Part shown: in pieces, positions 21,686-30,596 of the stretch
Layout: every line of letters begins with the position of its first letter
Position numbering within the stretch: the first letter of the stretch is position 1
From: an uncultured Chthonomonadaceae bacterium
Lineage (GTDB): Bacteria; Armatimonadota; Chthonomonadetes; Chthonomonadales; Chthonomonadaceae
Assembly: GCA_963817895.1 (NCBI GenBank)
Contig: CAWFQB010000011.1
Coordinates: forward strand, 64,001-128,000
Direction: 5' to 3'
Length of the DNA: 64,000 bases
Notes under the pieces: model-generated
Database searches by the model: none
The model's input: only the letters and a program-made list of their open reading frames with translations
What the model was told of the DNA's origin: nothing
Made by a program: the position numbers and the translations under genes

Positions 21686-22129
21686 ATGAAACTGCGCCGT
21701 GTCCATATCGTTACAGCAATAGCGCTGATGCTGTTCGCGCTTGCGCCGATGAATGTCTGGGCAGGCCTGGATGATTATCATGTGGTCACAAAACTGACGG
21801 GCAAAGTGGAAACGCGTTCGTTTACGCGCCGCAGAGGACGGGTTTCCTACGGCGCGTGGCAGAGAGTCCGCATGGGAGAAACAATCGCGCCGGACTGCGA
21901 AGTGCGCGTTGGGAACAACGCAAGCGTCTGGCTGCAAAAGGGCGATCAGCGAGACGAACCTGCAAAAACGCCTGTAGACGTGAAAATCCTGTACTATGTC
22001 TTGACAACGAATTCCGTTGTTCGCTTAAATCAACAGGGAGTAAACGGGCGTCCGCTAGTGCAGGCGTTGCGCGGGCGCGTTACGACGACAACGGTACGCG
22101 GGCGGATGCCTGCGCCTCTACATCAGTAA
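21686..22129 (+). CDS. Secreted hypothetical protein
   Basis: Signal peptide ending VWA; operonic position. Confidence 0.6.
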   Translation: MKLRRVHIVTAIALMLFALAPMNVWAGLDDYHVVTKLTGKVETRSFTRRRGRVSYGAWQRVRMGETIAPDCEVRVGNNASVWLQKGDQRDEPAKTPVDVKILYYVLTTNSVVRLNQQGVNGRPLVQALRGRVTTTTVRGRMPAPLHQ

Positions 22130-22136
22130 TATAAAC

Positions 22137-23087
22137 ATGCTGCAAATCCCATTTTTCCGCGAAATAGAAACCGCGCAAACCATTCTCTTAGCCGGATGTG
22201 GCGGCGGGTACGACATTTATTGCGGCCTGCCCCTGTACTTCGGGCTGCGCGATATGGGCAAAACGGTACACCTCGCCAATCTGTCATTCTCTTCTATTCA
22301 CGCTTCCAACGGGCGCAAACTGCCGGGCGGCATGGTGGAAGTGGACAGCAGTACAAAGGGCGAGATGCGCTACTTTCCCGAAATGTATCTGGCGCAGTGG
22401 CTTGCGAGTGAGGGCATAAATGTGCCTGTCTACTGCCTGGGGCGCGAGGGCGTGAAACCGGTCACGGCTTCGTATCAGTGGCTTGTGGAGAACCTTGAGA
22501 TAGACACGATTTTGCTTATAGACGGCGGCACGGACAGCCTGATGCGCGGCGACGAGATCGGGTTGGGGACGCCGGAAGAGGATGCGGTCAGTATCGCGGC
22601 GGTTCATCAGATGGACGTAGATAACAAGTGGTTGGTATGCCTCGGTTTCGGCGTGGATACGTTTCATGGCGTGTGCCACGCGCAGTTTCTCGAAGCGGTT
22701 GCCGACCTGACCCACGCGGGCGGCTTTCTCGGCGCGTGGACATTGACGCCGGACATGCCGGAAACGCAACAGTACGCCGCAGCCTGCGCGTATACCCACA
22801 AGCGCATGTTCAACAATCCGAGCATCGTATCATCTTCCATTTTGTCCGCCGTCGAGGGACGCTTCGGCGATTATCACGCCACAACCCGCACCGGGGGCAG
22901 CGAGCTGTTCATCAATCCGCTGATGACGCTGTACTGGGCGTTTCAACTCGATGCGGTTGCCGAACGGAACCTGTACCTGAACGAACTGCGCGACACGGAA
23001 ACCTACTACTATGTTGTAGAGGCGATTCACACGTTCCGCGCCCGCAATTTAGAGAAAATCAAGGATTGGCAGAATTTGCCGATGTAA
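22137..23087 (+). CDS. DUF1152 family protein
   Basis: AGCGGGYD, DGGTDSLMRGDE.GLGTPEED. Confidence 0.85.
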   Translation: MLQIPFFREIETAQTILLAGCGGGYDIYCGLPLYFGLRDMGKTVHLANLSFSSIHASNGRKLPGGMVEVDSSTKGEMRYFPEMYLAQWLASEGINVPVYCLGREGVKPVTASYQWLVENLEIDTILLIDGGTDSLMRGDEIGLGTPEEDAVSIAAVHQMDVDNKWLVCLGFGVDTFHGVCHAQFLEAVADLTHAGGFLGAWTLTPDMPETQQYAAACAYTHKRMFNNPSIVSSSILSAVEGRFGDYHATTRTGGSELFINPLMTLYWAFQLDAVAERNLYLNELRDTETYYYVVEAIHTFRARNLEKIKDWQNLPM

Positions 23088-23096
23088 AGGAGTCTT

Positions 23097-23876
23097 ATGC
23101 TGTACGCAGAGCGCATCTGGACGCAGATACCGGAACAAACGCAGAAGGTTGTCGTGCTGACGCTCGGTTCGCTGGAGCAGCATGGACACCATTTGCCCAT
23201 GCTGACGGATACCATGATCGGGGCGGAAATCGCGCGGCGGGCGGAAGCGGAATTGGGCGAGGACGCGCTGTTTCTGCCGCCGTTGTGGGTGGGCGCGTCG
23301 GATCACCACAGGAAGTTTCCGGGTACGGTCAGCATCAGCAACGAGGTTTACATTCGTGTTCTGGCGGACATGCTGGATAGCCTCATCGGGGCCGGATTTC
23401 GGCGTATCTTCCTGCTGAACGCGCACGGCGGCAACATCACGCCGGGGCGCATGGCGATTTACGACGCGCAGTTGCGGAACCGGGACAAGCCGGAATTGTG
23501 GATTGCCTTCAGCAGTTGGTGGACAATTGCGGCTCGTCAGATTGCGGACATTCCCACACTGGAACAGAAAATCGTCACTCACGCCTGCGAGTTGGAATCC
23601 AGCATGATACTGCGCCTGCGCCCGGAACTGGTAAAAATGGAAGTGGCGCGGGGCGCGGCGATTCCGTTTGAATCGGCGTTTTATGTGCCGGATTTTCATG
23701 CCGAAAGCCGCGTGGATGTGCCGCGCGGCTTTGATCAACTGAGCGAAACAGGGGCGTTCGGGCATCCCGAAATATCCACGCCGGACAAGGGCGAAAGCCT
23801 GTTTGCGGCTGCCACGCAAGAGGTCGTTTCCTTTGTGCGCGAGTTTGCAGGCTGGCAGGCTTTCGCCCCGTATTAA
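23097..23876 (+). CDS. Creatininase family amidohydrolase
   Basis: GSLEQHGHHLP..TD, NAHGGN, HACELE. Confidence 0.9.
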   Translation: MLYAERIWTQIPEQTQKVVVLTLGSLEQHGHHLPMLTDTMIGAEIARRAEAELGEDALFLPPLWVGASDHHRKFPGTVSISNEVYIRVLADMLDSLIGAGFRRIFLLNAHGGNITPGRMAIYDAQLRNRDKPELWIAFSSWWTIAARQIADIPTLEQKIVTHACELESSMILRLRPELVKMEVARGAAIPFESAFYVPDFHAESRVDVPRGFDQLSETGAFGHPEISTPDKGESLFAAATQEVVSFVREFAGWQAFAPY

Positions 23877-23883
23877 CAGCACT

Positions 23884-24552
23884 CTACTTGCGGGCGCGGC
23901 GCTTCAGGAACAGGCTTCCTGAGACGGCGATGCCGCCCATCAGGGCGAACGCGCCGGGTTCGGGAACATTCGTCACCAGTCCCTGAAATCTTTCGCCATT
24001 GGCATTGGAGGGACTGAGCCAGCGGACATTGGAAACCGGGTCTGTGCCGACATTGAGCAGGTAGGCGTTGTAAGCGGCAAGTTCGCCCGCCGTCGTGTTG
24101 CCGCCGGCAACCAGCGCGGTGTTCGGGCCGTAAATCGTGTGCCAGATAGCCCCCTGTAAACCGCCCTGCTGATCGTCGGTCAGGGCTGTGGCCGCGTAAT
24201 GGTCAATCAGATAGGCAACCTGTCCCGCATTGTTGACGGGCGCGCCGTAAATTGTGCCATCGGTCGTAACTCCCGTCGGCGTATAGGGGTTGGGTACGGT
24301 TACATTATGATCCAAATCAACGCAGTAGACGAAGGGGAGCGCCACATTGTCCAGCGTGGAAGGGGTGATGTTGCCGCCGCCCTCATCCTGCGTGGTAACG
24401 CCGCCATCGCGGGTTAAATTGATGTGTACAAAATGTCCGCCCAGAGTTAGCGTTTGTGCCTGCGTCACGGTAGGCAGGGCAAGGCCGCACAGCATCAGGC
24501 CGAAAGCGGAGCAGACAGGGGACAGGAGCGATTTGTAAGATAATTTTTTCAA
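23884..24552 (-). CDS. PEP-CTERM sorting domain protein
   Basis: Signal peptide; YCVDL, QGAIW; C-terminal VPEPG + TM + KRRARK. Confidence 0.88.
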   Translation of the reverse strand: MKKLSYKSLLSPVCSAFGLMLCGLALPTVTQAQTLTLGGHFVHINLTRDGGVTTQDEGGGNITPSTLDNVALPFVYCVDLDHNVTVPNPYTPTGVTTDGTIYGAPVNNAGQVAYLIDHYAATALTDDQQGGLQGAIWHTIYGPNTALVAGGNTTAGELAAYNAYLLNVGTDPVSNVRWLSPSNANGERFQGLVTNVPEPGAFALMGGIAVSGSLFLKRRARK

Positions 24553-24771
24553 GGCTGGGTTCCTTCTGGTTTGTCAACCCACTAATCTATTCGTTGATTA
24601 TTGGATTGGTGAAAAGTGAATGCTTTCGGAAAACGCTCGAAGCGTCACAAACACGAAAGCAAAATTCGCGTACACTGTCTACTGTTGCAATCTTCGTGCC
24701 AACCGCGCCGTAAGATTTACGTGATTGCAAGGAAAACCGTATGTTTGCGACCTGTGAGGAATATGCGATCT

Positions 24772-25098
24772 ATGTCAGTAGAAGATGTGATTTACGACTG
24801 TGAGGATGCTGAAACGAAAGAGGAATTCCCGCCCGCGCTTGGACACTATCGCAATGCGCGCGTTACTATTCACTACAACAGTGGGGTCAGCGATACCGGC
24901 GTTCTGACGTATTTGGATCGCAGTTGGGCGGAATTGCTGAAAGACAACGGGGAGCGCCTGCTGATACCTTTGCAGGCGATACGTATACTGAAACTGGTGA
25001 AAGCGGCGGAAACATCGGGTGACGCGAACATGCTGCTGCGCGCCGCGGAAGCGCGTCCGTTACCGGATACAACAACAAAACAGATTGGACCCAAGTGA
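24772..25098 (+). CDS. Small protein, possible Sm/Hfq-like fold with LLR tail
   Basis: VTIHYNSG...GVL...D....L.....LLIP..AI pattern. Confidence 0.5.
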   Translation: MSVEDVIYDCEDAETKEEFPPALGHYRNARVTIHYNSGVSDTGVLTYLDRSWAELLKDNGERLLIPLQAIRILKLVKAAETSGDANMLLRAAEARPLPDTTTKQIGPK

Positions 25099-25745
25099 AC
25101 CGACCAGGAAACCAGAATACAAGCGGCAGCCGCGCCGGTAAAAAGCGCAACATCGGCCACAAGCGCGACGAAAAAGGCCGTACCGTTTACAAACGGCCCC
25201 GCCCTTCGGCCCGGGCGGCGACACGCCAGAAAAACGCCGATAAGGGCGGCTTCAACATTATTGAGCGCCCACTGCCGGGAACATCCGCCAATACGGGCGT
25301 GTTTCGCGTTTTGATTGCCGTGCATCGGCCCCGGTTTCGCGGGCGTTCCGAACGGGCGGCGGCATTGGAGGGTTGGGAAGTGACCGCGCTGCTCAACAAG
25401 CAGGACCCAGTTGGAATATGTTCCAAAGCGCCGCGCCCGCCCGACCTGCTGATTCTCTCCGAGGATTTTGGACGGCAGAAAGACCTTGCGATTTTCCGGG
25501 CCGTGCAAAAGTATCGCGAACAGGGATTGGTGATTGTGGGATTGGTGGACGATTGCGAAACCGCGCCGGAAGGCTTTCCCGAATCCGTCCCGACAGAACT
25601 GTGTGACGTTTGTCTTACGCCTCCCTACAAAACCGCCGATATTCGCGCTCTTTTGGAGGAGTTGTACGAGGAGTTGCGCGGCGAACCCGCTCCCCCGCCG
25701 CTTGCAAAAGGCGCAGTGGAAGCGGAAGAGGATGAGGACATTTAG
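25095..25745 (+). CDS. Hypothetical protein: basic N-terminus plus receiver-like domain
   Basis: RVLIAV, PDLLILSE, CLTPPY pattern; acidic tail. Confidence 0.55.
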   Translation: MNRPGNQNTSGSRAGKKRNIGHKRDEKGRTVYKRPRPSARAATRQKNADKGGFNIIERPLPGTSANTGVFRVLIAVHRPRFRGRSERAAALEGWEVTALLNKQDPVGICSKAPRPPDLLILSEDFGRQKDLAIFRAVQKYREQGLVIVGLVDDCETAPEGFPESVPTELCDVCLTPPYKTADIRALLEELYEELRGEPAPPPLAKGAVEAEEDEDI

Positions 25746-25886
25746 TTTTTCGCTACTCTGAAACTAGCCCTCAACCGGGCGTCCACCCGCAGGGAAGAAC
25801 ACGGCTCCTTCTCCCAAAAATCCTGGGAGAAGGGAAGGCGCTTATTCTTATGCCCGATGGCGAATGAAGTTTGTAGGGCTATCCTC

Positions 25887-25915
25887 TTGTTAAGGGCGCA
25901 AGACTGTGTTATACT
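25887..25915 (+). promoter_or_regulatory. sigma70-type promoter of the amber-tRNA operon
   Basis: TTGTTA-N17-TATACT with extended TG. Confidence 0.65.
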
Positions 25916-25982
25916 GTGATTATAGAACAGTGGCTCTCGCGTAGCGCCGCGTGTTCATCAATCTGAAGAGAGTAAACTTAAC

Positions 25983-26063
25983 ATGTATTAGGGCATCATT
26001 CGCATAATCAGGATCAGGCAAGCGGCGGCTTTTTGTCATTGGGCAAAAAGGCGGCGCTTTTTT
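25983..26063 (+). promoter_or_regulatory. Leader 1: ATG TAT TAG then GIIRIIRIRQ on read-through, running into a terminator-like hairpin (attenuator)
   Basis: Purine-rich GAAGAGAG upstream; TAG at 25989-25991; Ile/Arg codon run. Confidence 0.55.
26020..26063 (+). terminator. Imperfect intrinsic terminator upstream of first operon gene
   Basis: GCGGCGGCTTTTTG / CAAAAAGGCGGCGC stem (two G-G mismatches) followed by a T run. Confidence 0.55.
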
Positions 26064-26112
26064 GCGTTTTTTAGCCCCAACATTCTATATATCAACGGAA
26101 AAAGAGAAGACA

Positions 26113-26451
26113 ATGAGCAAACAGAAATCATCGGGTGAGCCGGTGGTCACCGGCAAAGCGGCCTATATCGCGCGGCTGCGGGCGGGCGAAACCGTCAGTT
26201 TCCGCGAGGGCGGCAACAGCATGACGCCCCGCATTAAATCGCGGCAGAAGTGTACATACAAGCCTGTGATGGCGGCTGAAGACGTGAAGGTAGGCGACGC
26301 CGTATTCTGCAAAGTGGGCGGCAACTACTTCACGCACCTGATTACCGCCCTGCGCGGCGACCAGTACCAGATCAGCAACAATCACGGCCACGTCAACGGC
26401 TGGATTACGCTCAACAGCATCTACGGCAAAGTAGTTGCGATTGAGGATTAG
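26113..26451 (+). CDS. S24/S26-like peptidase domain protein (soluble, Ser-His type)
   Basis: GNSMTP, VGDAVFCKV, FTHLI, NGW.....IYGKV. Confidence 0.72.
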   Translation: MSKQKSSGEPVVTGKAAYIARLRAGETVSFREGGNSMTPRIKSRQKCTYKPVMAAEDVKVGDAVFCKVGGNYFTHLITALRGDQYQISNNHGHVNGWITLNSIYGKVVAIED

Positions 26452-26527
26452 GAGGGTGTTCGGTGTTCGGTATTGGGAAGGGGTGGAACAAAGTAAAATC
26501 GTGTGCTATCAGTAAGTTTGAGATTAC

Positions 26528-26599
26528 GCCCGTGTCGCCATCTGGTGAAGGCAGCCGCCTCTAAAGCGGCCAAGATGGGTTCGATCCCCATCACGGGCA
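26528..26599 (+). tRNA. tRNA with CUA anticodon (amber suppressor; amino-acid identity unclear; CCA not encoded)
   Basis: Acceptor GCCCGTG/CACGGGC + A73; D arm GCC/GGC with GG; anticodon arm GCCGC-CTCTAAA-GCGGC; 4-nt variable loop; T arm ATGGG-TTCGATC-CCCAT. Confidence 0.9.
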
Positions 26600-26640
26600 T
26601 AGTGACGTATCCGAACACCGAACACCGAACACCAAACATC

Positions 26641-26751
26641 GAAAGGAGTTGTCGCCATGTTGTAGCCGCGCTCGCCGCCGTTTGCCTGAAAAGACAGAGA
26701 ACGATGCAAGAAATCTTTGCAGAAAACCTTCTACTTTTTACTTTTCAGGAG
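26641..26751 (+). promoter_or_regulatory. Leader 2: SD AAAGGAG, uORF 26657-26689 M-L-amber-P-R-S-P-P-F-A-stop, stem occluding the next SD
   Basis: CCTGAAAAG (26685-26693) pairs with CTTTTCAGG (26741-26749), overlapping AGGAG. Confidence 0.7.
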
Positions 26752-26762
26752 AACGAACACAA

Positions 26763-27155
26763 ATGAAGACATTGAACAGAACCATGACCGCGCGGTTTTT
26801 CCGCAGCGCGGAAGATTATGACCGTTTGATTGCGCTCTGGAGCGGCGGGATGCGGGACAGGGCAACGCGCCGCCAACTGACTGCCGCGCACCATCTGCTG
26901 TACCTGATTCTGCGTGGCCGCAACTGGCACTCGGCCTTTACACCGGTCACAAACGCCTGTAAACTGGAAAATGGGGGAGTATACAATTGGGGCGCGCGTC
27001 GCGCCGTCCATGCGCTCCATTATGGCAATGCAGAGGATTTGCTGGCTCCGTTTCGGGATATGCTTGCTCCTTCTGCGTTGGTTCTGGCGCGCGAACTGGT
27101 TCCGGCAGACAGTTGGAACGAGGCATTGCAAGGAGGCGAACCCTACCATGCCTGA
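26763..27155 (+). CDS. Hypothetical protein coupled to the Pth2-like gene
   Basis: SD AGGAG; HHLLYLILRGR motif; overlaps next start. Confidence 0.7.
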   Translation: MKTLNRTMTARFFRSAEDYDRLIALWSGGMRDRATRRQLTAAHHLLYLILRGRNWHSAFTPVTNACKLENGGVYNWGARRAVHALHYGNAEDLLAPFRDMLAPSALVLARELVPADSWNEALQGGEPYHA

Positions 27156-27507
27156 ACTGCCGAACGCGCAGCCGAGCGGGCATGTGTATGTGTTCGTCCG
27201 CAGGGATTTGCCGATTGCCGACCAGATGGTACAGGCGGCGCATGTTTGTCTGGAAGCGGGCCAAAGGTTCTGCGTCCCCTGCCATTGCCCGCTTGTGTTG
27301 CTTCAGGTGGCGGATGAACCGGCCTTGCATCGCGCCTTGCAGCATTGCCGCCGATACGACATTGCGACGCACACGTTTACAGAACCGGACGCGACGGAGG
27401 AGTTTCCGCAAACGCCGATGGGCTTGACCGCCGCCTGTACGCCGCCCTTAAATACGGCGCAGCGCAGGCGTATGCGTCCTTTCACGTTATGGCAGCCTCC
27501 GTCGTAA
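27148..27507 (+). CDS. Peptidyl-tRNA hydrolase 2-like protein (phage-type)
   Basis: YVFVRRDL....QMVQAAH, LVLLQV.DE..L, F.EPD, GLTA.C..P, terminal LW; SD AGGAGG. Confidence 0.8.
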   Translation: MPELPNAQPSGHVYVFVRRDLPIADQMVQAAHVCLEAGQRFCVPCHCPLVLLQVADEPALHRALQHCRRYDIATHTFTEPDATEEFPQTPMGLTAACTPPLNTAQRRRMRPFTLWQPPS

Positions 27508-27689
27508 TTGCCATTCGCGTGTATTCGCGTGTATTCGCGGCTAAGTTCATTCCCCTAAACCCCTGTTGAAATTTCAACAGGGGTTTGGCTTGTCAATGGC
27601 GAAATAACCCCACAGGATGAAAACAGACTGCCTCTTTTCCTAAAAGCTGGAGAAGGGGTGGGGTTGAGGGCTATTCAAAGGAGAAAACA

Positions 27690-28715
27690 GTGGCAAAGAA
27701 ATATCGGGTGGGCGTGGCCTGCATGTCGCATGACCATGTGTGGGGCGAACTGGCGAACTGGCAGCGATTGGACAACGTGGAACTGGTGGCGGGCGGGGAC
27801 GACGAGCCGCATCTGCTGGAACAACTAAAGCAAAATCACGGCGTCACGCGGCTGTACAACAGTTTTCAGGAGATGCTCGACAACGAAGAACTCGACATCG
27901 TGCAGGCGGCGGGCGGCAACAACGAGGGCGCGGCCATTGTGGAAGCGTGCGCGGCAAAGGGGCTGCACGTCATCAGCGAAAAGCCGATGGCGGCGACTTT
28001 GGAACAGGCAGACCGAATGTTGAACGCGGCCCAAAAAGCCGGAACTCTGCTGCTCATCAACTGGCCCAACGCCTGGCATGCCGGATGGCAGGAACTCGCA
28101 CGCCGCGCTCTTGCGGGTGACATCGGCGCGATACGCTACACGCGCTACCGCAGCGCGCACAACGGCCCGGTCGCCATCGGCTGCGCCCCAAGTTTTGTGC
28201 GCGATCTGACCACGCCCGAAATCAACGGCGCGGGCGCGTTAATGGATTATTGCTGCTACGGGGCGGATTTAGCCGCCCTTCTGCTCGGCTCGCCGCAATC
28301 CGTAACGGGGATGCGGGGCGTATTCGGCGATGAACCCGCGTATGCCGCTTCCGATGACAATGCGCTGATTATGGCGAAGTACGCCCATGCGTTCGGGGTG
28401 TGTGAGGCAAGCTGGACGCAGACCGTCGGTTACGCGGGAACCAACCCGGTCGTGTACGGCAGTGAGGGTTCGCTCGGCCTCCATCACGGCAAAGCGCTGA
28501 TACAACGCCCCGGCAGGAATGAGGAGATCGTAACGCCGCCCGAAACGCAGTACCCGCACCGCAGCGCGCCCGAATACCTGCTGTACTGTCTGGAAAACAA
28601 TCTGCCCGTCGAGGGCTTCTGTTCGCCGATTGTCAGCCGCATGGCGCAGGAGATACTGGAAGCGGGCTTGCGGGCGGCAAACACCGGACAAACGCAGACC
28701 TTGCCGCTCACATAA
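27690..28715 (+). CDS. Gfo/Idh/MocA oxidoreductase
   Basis: HVISEKPMA, GAGALMDYCCY. Confidence 0.88.
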   Translation: MAKKYRVGVACMSHDHVWGELANWQRLDNVELVAGGDDEPHLLEQLKQNHGVTRLYNSFQEMLDNEELDIVQAAGGNNEGAAIVEACAAKGLHVISEKPMAATLEQADRMLNAAQKAGTLLLINWPNAWHAGWQELARRALAGDIGAIRYTRYRSAHNGPVAIGCAPSFVRDLTTPEINGAGALMDYCCYGADLAALLLGSPQSVTGMRGVFGDEPAYAASDDNALIMAKYAHAFGVCEASWTQTVGYAGTNPVVYGSEGSLGLHHGKALIQRPGRNEEIVTPPETQYPHRSAPEYLLYCLENNLPVEGFCSPIVSRMAQEILEAGLRAANTGQTQTLPLT

Positions 28716-28856
28716 TCAGAGGAAATTTAGCCGCGAATGAACGCGAATACACGCGAATGAGAATACGAAGCGTTCAAAGAGATCGAATTTGTGGCGTATC
28801 ATCATTCGCGTTCATTCGCGTTCATTCGCGGCTATTTACAATATTTCGAGGCTGAT

Positions 28857-30582
28857 GTGAAGATACCGACAACGATGATGCGCTGGAATTTGTATGGCGC
28901 GGGGTTTGATGCGCTGGGGCGGGAGGGCAGGCCGGAAGAGGTTCCGGTTCCTGAGTTTGGCGCGAATGAACTGCTGGCGCGCCCGGACGCCTGCGGATTG
29001 TGCTTTTCAGATACCAAAGTGATCGCGCTGGGCGGCAATCATCCCCGGCTTGTCGGGCGCGATATGAGCGTAAATCCGGTCACGTTGGGGCATGAAGTGG
29101 TGGTTACAATCGTGGGCGTGGGCGCGAATTTGCAGGACAAGTACCGGACTGGCGAACGGTATGTGATTCAGCCCGATGTGTTTTACGGCGGGAAGGGCAT
29201 TACGTATGGCTACGCGATTGCGGGCGGGCTGTCGGAATACAGCGTGATCCCCGAAGCCATTTTGAACGGGGATGAGGGCTGTTATCTGTTGCCGGTTCGC
29301 GCCAATACCGGGTTAGTGGAGGCCGCGCTGACGGAACCCTGGGCGTGTGTGGTTGCCGCGTACAATCAGTCACACCGCCACAGCATCAAGGATGACGGCA
29401 TTCTGCTGGTTGTTCTGGAAACGGCGCAGGATGGCCGCGTGGTTCACGATTTCATTCACAATCGCGCGGCTCCTGCCCGTGTGGTTGTGGTCTGCGCCGA
29501 GCCGCTGCATGGCGAGGTCTGGCAGGCGAATATCACCACGCAGGCAGGCGCTCCCGCCGATTATGCCGCGTTGAAACAGCGGCACACGGGCGGCAGGGGG
29601 TTTGATGACATACTGGTTGTAGGAAACACCACGCCCGAAACCATTGAGCAAGCCGCTGCTGTTCTGGCGGATCACGGCATCCTGAACATCGCGCGCGAAA
29701 CGCCTGTTCCGCGCAACTTGGCTCTGGACATCGGGCGCATCCACTACAACTGGCATCACTATATCGGCATAAATTTGTGGCATCCCCGCAGTGTGGGGCG
29801 CATGGATAGACTAACCGATACGTACCACGAACCGCGAACGGCGAAACTGCTGCCGGACGGCGTCTGCTGGTTTGTGGGCGCGGGCGGGCCGATGGGACAG
29901 ATGCACGTTCAGCGGGCGTTGCAGCATCCCACTCCACCCAAACGGATTGTGGCAACGGATGTGGACGCTGCGCGATTGCAAAGCGTGGTGGATCGGTTCG
30001 GCGGATTGGCGGCGGAACGGGGACTGGAATTGTTCGCGCTCAATCCGAATACGATGGATGCGGAGGCTTTTGATTCCGAGTTGCGCCGATTGTCGGAAAT
30101 GGGCGAACGGCAGGGCTATGATGATATTGTATCTATGGTTCCGTTTGCCGCGCCCACTGCCCACGCCGCGCAATTCCTGGCGGACGGCGGCTGGCTGAAC
30201 ATTTTCGCGGGCGTGGCGCGGGGTACGCTTGCCGAGATTGATATAAACCGGATTATTCGTGACGGCTGCCGGATTGTGGGCAGCACGGGTTCCTCGCTGG
30301 CCGACATGCGCGAAACCCTGAACCGCATGGAACAGGGCGAACTGGCGACAAGTGATTCACTGGCGGCGATTGGCGGTATGGAAGCGGCAAAGGAGGGGTT
30401 GCAGGCCGTAAAGGAAGGCCGCTTTGCCGGGAAAACCCTGATTTTCCCGCAAATCCGCAACCTGCCCCTGACACCCCTTCCCGATCTCAAAAACACGCTT
30501 CCAACCGTTCACGCCAAACTGAGAGACGGGCAATTCTGGACAAACGAAGCCGAAATCGGAACTGATGCGCTTAAAATCCTGA
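28857..30582 (+). CDS. Zn-binding dehydrogenase (sorbose-1-phosphate reductase-like, duplicated domain); true stop probably shifted by an indel
   Basis: CGLCFSD.K, GHE, EPWACV, GAGGPMG. Confidence 0.8.
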
Positions 30583-30596
30583 ACACTCTTAAAAGC

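Noticed and set aside
26528..26599. tRNA-Pyl / pyrrolysine system
   Set aside because: Canonical D-loop GG, TTC and 5-bp anticodon stem; no pylS/B/C/D in the window.
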